A stretch of DNA of 32,000 nt from Candidatus Sericytochromatia bacterium (GTDB taxonomy: Bacteria > Cyanobacteriota > Sericytochromatia > S15B-MN24 > UBA4093). The translations under genes were made by a program, and so were the position numbers. Within the stretch, counting starts at the first letter, position 1. Every line of letters begins with the position of its first letter. The notes beneath the pieces were generated by a model. That model saw only the letters and a list, made by a program, of their open reading frames with translations, was not told the DNA's origin and did not search any database. The stretch is taken from assembly GCA_036676455.1 (NCBI GenBank), contig JAKFCW010000040.1, positions 6,066-38,065 of the forward strand, in the 5' to 3' direction. This document shows positions 23,603 through 30,110 of the stretch, piece after piece.

Positions 23603-24483
23603 AGGGCAGCTCCTTCCAAGAGGCGGGAGAGTCCTCGGTCCGGCGAGTCCGGGGCGAGGAGGGCGTTGTCGATGAGGCGGGTCTTGCCGAGCTTGGCGGC
23701 GAGGGCCAGGACCGCGGGGGCGTCGAGGGTGGCGACGGGCATGAGGGTGTCGGCGTCGCGCAGCTCGAGGTACTCGAGATCGAGGCCGTCCAGCTCGGTG
23801 CGCGAGAGAGAGAGCAGGCGCTCGGCAGAGCGCTCGCCTGCGAGGTAGGCGCGCATGGCCTGGGCGAGGGCGCGCGACAGCGCGAGGGCGCGCGTGCGGT
23901 CCTCCTCGGAGAGGTAGGTATTGCGCGAGCTGAGGGCGAGGCCGTCGGCTTCGCGGACGAGCGGGGCGCGCACGACGGTGACGGGCATGGCGAGGTCCTC
24001 GACCATGCGGGCGACGACGCGCCACTGCTGGAAGTCCTTCTGCCCGAGGTAGACGAGGTCGGGGCGGATCATGCCGAAGAGGCGGGCGAGGACGGTGGTA
24101 ACGCCGGCGAAGTGGCCGGGGCGCGAGGCGCCGCAAAGGGAGTCGGTGAGGCCCGAGACGGTGACCGAGGTGGCGAAGCCCGGGGGGTAGACCCCGTCGG
24201 GCGTTGGGGTGAAGAGGAGGTCGACGCCTTCGCGCTCGCAGAGGGCGTGGTCGCGCTCGAGGTCGCGCGGGTAGCGATCGAGGTCCTCGTTGGGTCCGAA
24301 CTGCTTGGGGTTGACGAAGATCGAGACGACGACGAGGTCTGCCGCTTGGCGTGCGAGGCGGATGAGGCTGGCGTGGCCCTCGTGGAGGTAGCCCATGGTG
24401 GGGACGAAGGCGAGGCGGGTGCCTGGGGCACGCAGACGGGCGAGGGATTCATCGAGCTCAAGGCGGGAGGAGACCCGGATCAC
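23599..24483 (-). CDS. panC: Pantoate--beta-alanine ligase
   Basis: GTG at 24483 has AAAGGAG 7 nt upstream. The 294-aa product carries LAFVPTMGYLHEGHASLIRLA and VVVSIFVNPKQFGPNEDLDRYPR signatures. Confidence 0.92.
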   Translation of the reverse strand: MIRVSSRLELDESLARLRAPGTRLAFVPTMGYLHEGHASLIRLARQAADLVVVSIFVNPKQFGPNEDLDRYPRDLERDHALCEREGVDLLFTPTPDGVYPPGFATSVTVSGLTDSLCGASRPGHFAGVTTVLARLFGMIRPDLVYLGQKDFQQWRVVARMVEDLAMPVTVVRAPLVREADGLALSSRNTYLSEEDRTRALALSRALAQAMRAYLAGERSAERLLSLSRTELDGLDLEYLELRDADTLMPVATLDAPAVLALAAKLGKTRLIDNALLAPDSPDRGLSRLLEGAAL

Positions 24484-24539
24484 AGGAGCGCTCCTTTCGG
24501 TCGGAATCAGGCGCAGGGCGGGCCATGCGCGCGGGATCC

Positions 24540-24579
24540 ATTCTAGCACAGCGGCGAGCGTGGGTCGCAGCGCGACCCA
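24540..24579 (-). promoter_or_regulatory. Candidate panC-cmk promoter (extended -10 TGcTAGAAT) with overlapping palindrome
   Basis: The minus strand reads gTGcTAGAAT (24540-24548) ~55 nt upstream of the panC GTG. The perfect palindrome TGGGTCGC-agc-GCGACCCA (24561-24579) covers the -35 position. Confidence 0.4.
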
Positions 24580-24807
24580 TGAACCTTGTCGATAGGGGCC
24601 ATGTCGAGTCCGGGGGCTCCGGGTAGGATCGGGGGGCATGGGGTTCGATCACTTCAGCGTCGACGCCATCAATGGGGATGGAACCTGGCTCCCGACGACG
24701 AAACCCGAGGGCAGCGAGCCCAAACAGCCCGGTTTTACCGGGTGAGCGTCGAACCGAGGCCTTGGGGCTGGCGGGGAGAGGCTGAGAGCGTAAGGAGCGA
24801 CGCCGCG

Positions 24808-25341
24808 ATGAGACCCTTGGACTTCGATCTACTGGGCTGTCCCGTGACCGATTACGCGACCGGCGAGGTGGTCGGTCGGGTGAAGGTGGTGGTGCAGTCC
24901 GCGACTCCGGGCCGGATCGCGCAGCTGGCGTTGGAGCGGCTGGAGGATCTGGGCGGAGGGGAGTCTGCCGGAGCTTCGCCGCTGGTCGGAGAGCCGCTTT
25001 TCGACGGGCGCGGGGGGCTGTTGGGGTGGGCGGTCGGTGTGGCCGAGAGCCTGCCGGGTGGTGGGATGAGGCGGCTGGGGGGTGGCGGTTCCCCCTTGGG
25101 TGGGACGCGGTTCCTGCTGGTGCGCGAGCAGGCGGAGGGGGAGGGTGCCGTGATTGACGGTCATGATCTCGGGGAGGGCGACGGGGCCCGGGGGGATTAC
25201 ATGGTCGGGCAGCTGTCGGCGAGCACCTTGGTGGATCCGCATGGACAGACGCTGATCCAGGAGGGCGAGGTGATCACGGCGGACGTGCTGGAGCGCGCGC
25301 GGCGGCTGGGGCTGCTGCACCGGCTGGCGGCGACCTTCTAA
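24808..25341 (+). CDS. Hypothetical protein (possible PRC-barrel-like N-terminus)
   Basis: ATG at 24808 has AAGGAG upstream, giving 177 aa. N-terminus LLGCPVTDYATGEVVGRVKVVV, a Gly-rich middle, and C-terminus LVDPHGQTLIQEGEVITADVLERARRLGLL. A strong hairpin follows. No firm family assignment. Confidence 0.5.
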   Translation: MRPLDFDLLGCPVTDYATGEVVGRVKVVVQSATPGRIAQLALERLEDLGGGESAGASPLVGEPLFDGRGGLLGWAVGVAESLPGGGMRRLGGGGSPLGGTRFLLVREQAEGEGAVIDGHDLGEGDGARGDYMVGQLSASTLVDPHGQTLIQEGEVITADVLERARRLGLLHRLAATF

Positions 25342-25348
25342 GTGAATC

Positions 25349-25370
25349 GGGGGCGCCCGTGGGCGCCCCC
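25349..25370. terminator. Bidirectional GC-rich hairpin between convergent genes
   Basis: GGGGGCGCC-cgtg-GGCGCCCCC, a 9-bp perfect stem. It lies 8 nt after the plus-strand stop (25341) and 8 nt after the permease stop (25378). There is no U-tract. Confidence 0.6.
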
Positions 25371-25377
25371 TGGGGGA

Positions 25378-26811
25378 TTACTTCATGCGGTTGCCGAGGA
25401 TGGAGTGGCGCATACCGTAGAGGAAGTAGACGACCAATCCGATGGACAGCCAGATCAAGAAGCGCTGGATGGTGACGTGGGGCAGGGAGATCATCAGGTA
25501 GCCGCAGCTGAGCAGGGTGCCGATGGCGACGACGGGGATGAAGGGGGTCCGGAAGCCCCGCTTCCAGTCGGGGCGGGTGTAGCGCAGGACCCAGGCACCG
25601 ATGGCCACGCAGATGAAGGCGAACAGCGTACCGATGTTGGCCAGCTCGGCCACCGCTGAGATGGGGGTGAAGCCCGCCAGCACCGCCACGGCGACCCCGG
25701 TGAAGAGCGTGGTGACGTGAGGCGTGCCGAAGCGCGGGTGCACGGAGGTGAAGACCTTGGGCATCAGGCCGTCGCGCGCCATCGCGAAGAAGATCCGGGG
25801 CATGCCCATCAGCATGACGACCAGCACCGAGGTGATGCCGGCCACGGCACCGATGCTCAAGAGGGCCGCGGCCCAGCCCTTGCCGATGTACTCGAGGGCG
25901 TAGGCAAGCGGAGCGGCGTTGTTCACCAGCTCCGGGTAAAGCCGCTGCGGGATGATGCCCGTGAAGATGGCGCCCACCGCCACGTAGAAGATGGTGCAGA
26001 TCAAGAGCGAGCCCAGGATGCCGATGGGCAGGTCGCGCTGGGGGTTCTTGGTCTCCTCGGCCGCGTTGGAGACTGCGTCGAAGCCGATGAAGGCGAAGAA
26101 GATGGTCGCCGCCCCGGTCATGACCCCACCGAAGCCGTTGGGGAGGAAGGGGTCCCAGTTACCGGGATTGATGTGACCCATGGTGATGGCGATGAACATG
26201 ATCAGGACCGCCACCTTGAGGACGACGAAGATCGTGTTGGTGTTGACGGACTCGCGGATGCCGCGGACCAGGACCATGGTGACCCCCAGCGCGATCAGGA
26301 TGGCCGGGATGTTGAGCAGGGCACCTGGAGCCGTGCCTGGCGCGTTCACCCACATGGCCGGCAGGTTGATGCCGACGTTGTGCAAGATCTTGACGAAGTA
26401 GCCCGACCAGCCGATGGCCACGGCGGCCGTCGCCACGACGTACTCGAGAATCAGCACCCAGCCGATCACCCAGGCGACGATCTCGCCGAAGGCCGTGTAG
26501 GCGTACGTGTAGGCCGAGCCCGAGGCCGGGATCATGGAGGCCACCTCGGCGTAGGCCAAGGCCGCGAAGGCGCAGGCGATCGCCGCGAAGATGAAGCTCA
26601 GGATGATCCCCGGTCCCGCGTACTTCGCGGCGGCGGCCCCCGTGATCACGAAGATGCCGGTGCCGATGATCGCGCCGACCCCCAGCGAGGTCAGGTCCAG
26701 CGCACCGAGCACCTTCTTGAGGCCGGAGTCCTCTCCGCTGGGCAACGGTTTGCGAACCATGAGTCGGGCAAGCAGGCCAGCCGGGGAGCGTTCGTTGGTC
26801 ACGGTGCTCAA
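25378..26811 (-). CDS. APC-superfamily amino acid permease
   Basis: Polytopic protein with SGLKKVLGALDLTSLGVGAIIGTGIFVITG near the N-terminus. Preferred start is TTG at 26811 (AAGGAG 7 nt upstream); the alternative ATG at 26760 has no RBS. The rest of the 560-aa ORF extension was rejected. Confidence 0.88.
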   Translation of the reverse strand: MSTVTNERSPAGLLARLMVRKPLPSGEDSGLKKVLGALDLTSLGVGAIIGTGIFVITGAAAAKYAGPGIILSFIFAAIACAFAALAYAEVASMIPASGSAYTYAYTAFGEIVAWVIGWVLILEYVVATAAVAIGWSGYFVKILHNVGINLPAMWVNAPGTAPGALLNIPAILIALGVTMVLVRGIRESVNTNTIFVVLKVAVLIMFIAITMGHINPGNWDPFLPNGFGGVMTGAATIFFAFIGFDAVSNAAEETKNPQRDLPIGILGSLLICTIFYVAVGAIFTGIIPQRLYPELVNNAAPLAYALEYIGKGWAAALLSIGAVAGITSVLVVMLMGMPRIFFAMARDGLMPKVFTSVHPRFGTPHVTTLFTGVAVAVLAGFTPISAVAELANIGTLFAFICVAIGAWVLRYTRPDWKRGFRTPFIPVVAIGTLLSCGYLMISLPHVTIQRFLIWLSIGLVVYFLYGMRHSILGNRMK

Positions 26812-27047
26812 GCATTGTCTCCTTGTGAGGGGTGGGAAGCATTCAGATACTACGTATCGTAACGTTAAACCCTCTATTGAAGCAACCCACCAACCCAGAC
26901 TGTCCGTTTCGGCGAAGGCAGGCGAGGCTTTCCGCCGTAGACTCCTGCTCGGAACCCCACCAGGCGCCGGGGCCGTCGGGCCCGCCGCGCCACGGCTTGA
27001 AATCGCTGTGAATTCAAGCCGCCGAGCGGGGATCGGGAGGGACGGCC

Positions 27048-27797
27048 ATGCGCGGACCATGGGGGCTGAGCCTCGGAATCATCCTGGCGCTACAACTTCC
27101 GGCCTGGGGCATGCTTGGAATGCATGCGAGCGACATCGAGCTTCACTACGCCTGGGAAGCGGGACCCGAGGGAACCCGGCTGTACCAGCTGGGAGCGGTG
27201 AGCTTCAGCCCGATCCTCGTGGACGGACGCATGGTGGGGGCGATCGCCGAGCTCCCCCCCGGCTCCAGCCAATCCGACCTCGCCGACCTGCTCGCGAAGA
27301 TGACCGAAGGCCTGCGCCAGGAGCCCGCCGTCGAGCGCGGCACCCTCGAATCCAACACCTGGGAGCGCGTCACCCCCGACTACCGGGCCATGGCGCGGGT
27401 CGAGGGCAAATCGATCGTCGTCCTGGTCCAGCAGACCGAGATCCAACCCTCGACGCCCAAGATCGAGAACCTGCCCCCGGTCCCGAACACCGTCGAGGAT
27501 CCCTACTACCGCGCGCAGAACGACCTGGAAATCCTCCAGATGGCTCTGGAGTCCTACCGGGCCCGCCACTTCTTCCGCTACCCCGAGGTCAAATCCATCG
27601 ACGCGCTGATCCAGGCCCTCCAGCGCTCGGAGGCACTACCCGACGGCTTCCGATTGCAAGCGCCGGTCACCGAGTTCGGAGTCTGGAGAACGGGCTACCA
27701 GATCACGGTCCGGGCGGGAGGCAAGACGGCCACCATCCGGCAGCCGGAGCGCTGGGATCCCTTCTGGAGCTACTGGCAGATCCGACCGTTCCCCTGA
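27048..27797 (+). CDS. Hypothetical secreted protein; C-terminal half has a GspG/pseudopilin-like motif
   Basis: ATG with GGGAGG 7 nt upstream. Signal-like N-terminus (LSLGIILALQLPAWG). The segment YYRAQNDLEILQMALESYRARHFFRYPEVKSIDALIQAL resembles the helix-plus-YP core of type II secretion pseudopilins. Confidence 0.55.
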   Translation: MRGPWGLSLGIILALQLPAWGMLGMHASDIELHYAWEAGPEGTRLYQLGAVSFSPILVDGRMVGAIAELPPGSSQSDLADLLAKMTEGLRQEPAVERGTLESNTWERVTPDYRAMARVEGKSIVVLVQQTEIQPSTPKIENLPPVPNTVEDPYYRAQNDLEILQMALESYRARHFFRYPEVKSIDALIQALQRSEALPDGFRLQAPVTEFGVWRTGYQITVRAGGKTATIRQPERWDPFWSYWQIRPFP

Positions 27798-27805
27798 ACA
27801 AGCGA

Positions 27806-27838
27806 CAGGCGCCGGCTCCACGAGGGAGCCAACGCCTG
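27806..27838. terminator. Bidirectional hairpin between convergent genes
   Basis: caggcg-cc-ggctcc-acgag-ggagcc-aa-cgcctg (6+6 bp with an internal loop) lies between the stop at 27797 (+) and the stop at 27855 (-). Confidence 0.5.
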
Positions 27839-27854
27839 CGAAGGGTTCTGAGGC

Positions 27855-29228
27855 TTAGTGGCCGTGGCCACCAACGGGTTGCGGGGCGCCCTTGCGGATG
27901 ATCCCCAGCAGCTCGTCACGCAGCTTCTCCATCTCCTCGCGGGTGCTGCCTTCGCAGTTGAGGCGCAGCAGCGGCTCGGTGTTGCTCTTGCGGATGTTGA
28001 ACCACCAGGACTCCGCGAAGACGCTGAGGCCGTCGAGCGTGATCACCTTGCCCTTGCTGCCATAGCGCTGCTCGATCTCGGCCATGATGGCATCGGGATC
28101 GCCGACGGTCGAGTTGATCTCGCCCGAGACGTAGTAGCGCTTGGTCTCTCCCATGGCCTGGGCGAGGCTCTGCTTCGCGTCGGTCAGCTGCTTCAGCAGG
28201 ACCAGCACGGTGAGGTTGCCCGAGTCGAAGTAGGCATCGTGGTGGCGGAAGTAGTAGTGCCCGGAGACCTCGCCGCCAAATTCGGCGCCCAGCTCGCGCA
28301 TGGCCATCTTGGCGAAGGCGTGGCCGACCTTGACCATCTCGGAGCGGCCGCCACCCTGCTTGACGACGTCACGGACGTAGTTCGAGCAGCGGACGTCGTA
28401 GGTGATGATGGCGCCGGGTTTCTTCTTGAGGATGGGCTTGGCCATCAGACCCAGGATGAAGTCGCCGTCGCAGAACTCGCCGTTGCCGTCCACGAAGAAA
28501 GCGCGGTCGCAGTCGCCGTCCAGGCCGATGCCGAGGTCGGCGCCGACTTCCTTGACCTTGGCGACGAGATCCCGGCGGTTCTCCTCCAGTAGGGGGTTGG
28601 CCTCGTGGTTGGGGAAGTTGCCGTCCGGCTCGTAGAAGAGCTCGGTGACTTCCAGCTTGGAGCCGGCAAGCAGCTTGGGCATGATCATGCCGCCCATGCC
28701 GTTGCCCGCGTCGATCACGACCTTGAGGGGCGCGAGCTCCTCGGGCTTCACGAAGGAGTGCATGAAGGCGACGAAGGCGTCGAGGACGTCCTGCTTCGAA
28801 ATCGTGCCGGGCTTGGCCGCGACCTCGCCGAGCTTGCCCGCGCGGATCAGGTCCTCGATGTCGCTGAGGCCGGAATCGAGGCCCATGGGGATGGCCTTGG
28901 CGCGGGTGAACTTGAAGCCGTTGTACTGGCCGGGGTTATGCGACGCGGTCACCACGATGCCACCGTCCGCCTCGGAGTCGATGACGGCGAAGTAAAGCAT
29001 GTCGGTGGAGGCCATGCCGATGGAGATGACGTCACAGCCGGCGTCGGTCAGACCGCGCATGAGCTCCTGCGAGAGCGGCACGGACGAGGGGCGCATATCC
29101 CAGCCCACCACGACGCGCTTCGCGCCGGTGTAGGCGACATAGGCCCGGCCAAGCTTGTAGGCGAGGTCCTCGGTCACGTCCTGGCCGTAGATGCCGCGTA
29201 CGTCGTAGGCTTTGAATGGTGCTGCCAT
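27855..29228 (-). CDS. Phosphomannomutase/phosphoglucomutase (alpha-D-phosphohexomutase)
   Basis: 457 aa. FKAYDVRGIY start, active-site Ser loop TASHNPGQYNGFK, metal loop GIGLDGDCDR, and GGEVSGHYYF sugar-binding loop. Confidence 0.93.
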   Translation of the reverse strand: MAAPFKAYDVRGIYGQDVTEDLAYKLGRAYVAYTGAKRVVVGWDMRPSSVPLSQELMRGLTDAGCDVISIGMASTDMLYFAVIDSEADGGIVVTASHNPGQYNGFKFTRAKAIPMGLDSGLSDIEDLIRAGKLGEVAAKPGTISKQDVLDAFVAFMHSFVKPEELAPLKVVIDAGNGMGGMIMPKLLAGSKLEVTELFYEPDGNFPNHEANPLLEENRRDLVAKVKEVGADLGIGLDGDCDRAFFVDGNGEFCDGDFILGLMAKPILKKKPGAIITYDVRCSNYVRDVVKQGGGRSEMVKVGHAFAKMAMRELGAEFGGEVSGHYYFRHHDAYFDSGNLTVLVLLKQLTDAKQSLAQAMGETKRYYVSGEINSTVGDPDAIMAEIEQRYGSKGKVITLDGLSVFAESWWFNIRKSNTEPLLRLNCEGSTREEMEKLRDELLGIIRKGAPQPVGGHGH

Positions 29229-29318
29229 ATCTACCTCTTCCTCTATTCATGGGACCGGAGGGATCACGTCCTCCGGCAACGATGCTTCCTGTATTCTACA
29301 GCGAGTTACTCGGTCGCA

Positions 29319-30107
29319 TCAAAGCTTGCCGAGCAACCCCTTGAGGTCCAATCGCCCCTGCACGGAGATGGAGTCCGAGGCCAGGGCGACGCCGAAAAGA
29401 CTGAACCCGACGCCTTGCGGCAGCGCGACCTTGGCCAGGTCGAGCACGGGCTCCCGCAAGGCCGGAGCGAGCAAAGACGGGTCGACCGGTCCGCCCATCA
29501 TGGTCGCCTGCGGGTCGGCGATGAAGAGGCGGCTGGGAGGCTCCAGGCGTGGACGGCCCGAGACCTGGAACGGGAAGGTCACTCCCGAGTTGAGCTTGAC
29601 GAACCCCGTGACCTGCAGGCGCCCCTCCTGGACGTCGACGTCCTGCGGGACGATGTCGACCTTCTGGGTGATGGTCATGCCGGGGAAGAGGCTAAGCTGC
29701 ACGGGCAGGCCCTTGAGCTGGTTGGTGACGACCGGCTGCTGGATGACCTGGTCCAGGCCCTCCTCGCTCAGCGTGAGCGTGGCGATCGCCCCCGTCGGCT
29801 TCGCCAGGTCCACCTCGCGCCCCCAGATCAAGCGGCTCATGCTCAAAGAGATCGGCTCGGACCTCAGCGAAAAGGAGTCGATCGGCACCCCCTCGATGGC
29901 AAAGCCCCGGGCGTCGATCTGCAACTGGTCGACTTCCCCCTGGGCCACCCGGAACGGCGGATCCGTGACCACCTTGACGTCCAGGGCCTCGAAGGGGCCG
30001 TAGCGATGCTGCAGCTCATTGCGCAAGAGCCCCTGAGCGTACGGAGCGACGGACGATCCCAGCGCGTAGACGATGAGCAGGACGACGGCGGTGACGAAGG
30101 CGACCAT
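29319..30107 (-). CDS. DUF2993/LmeA-like membrane-anchored envelope protein (tentative)
   Basis: 262 aa with an N-terminal TM (VAFVTAVVLLIVYALG). It then shows the repeating pattern recalled for DUF2993 (VKVVTDPPFRVAQGEVDQLQIDARGFAIEGVPIDSFSLRSEPISL ... GAIATLTLSEEGL). ATG comes 3 nt after the upstream gene's stop. Confidence 0.5.
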   Translation of the reverse strand: MVAFVTAVVLLIVYALGSSVAPYAQGLLRNELQHRYGPFEALDVKVVTDPPFRVAQGEVDQLQIDARGFAIEGVPIDSFSLRSEPISLSMSRLIWGREVDLAKPTGAIATLTLSEEGLDQVIQQPVVTNQLKGLPVQLSLFPGMTITQKVDIVPQDVDVQEGRLQVTGFVKLNSGVTFPFQVSGRPRLEPPSRLFIADPQATMMGGPVDPSLLAPALREPVLDLAKVALPQGVGFSLFGVALASDSISVQGRLDLKGLLGKL

Positions 30108-30110
30108 GAC

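Noticed and set aside
23603-24136. N-terminal 178-codon extension of the cmk ORF (417-aa version)
   Set aside because: The extension is nearly pure Arg/Pro, lies entirely inside panC in another frame, and precedes a well-placed GTG plus GGAAGGAG at the conserved Cmk N-terminus.
24484-24639. N-terminal extension of the panC ORF (346-aa version)
   Set aside because: The PanC homology begins at VIRVSS..., where a GTG has AAAGGAG 7 nt upstream. The extension has no PanC counterpart and would consume the promoter region.
24641-24650. GGTTCGATC, resembling a tRNA T-arm (possible tRNA or att-site remnant)
   Set aside because: The flanks cannot form the 5-bp T-stem (position 61 would be A opposite G53). 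No acceptor or anticodon arms are discernible and no integrase is nearby.
24586-24807. Upstream 74 codons of the 251-aa plus-strand ORF
   Set aside because: The translation is Arg/Gly/Trp-rich and noise-like. The internal ATG at 24808 has a clear AAGGAG RBS.
26812-27060. N-terminal extension of the permease ORF (560-aa version), and the overlapping 227-aa ORF 26159-26842
   Set aside because: The extension would run through the AT-rich divergent promoter region and overlap the start of the neighbouring gene. The 227-aa ORF is an out-of-frame Arg/Gly/Pro-rich shadow inside the permease.
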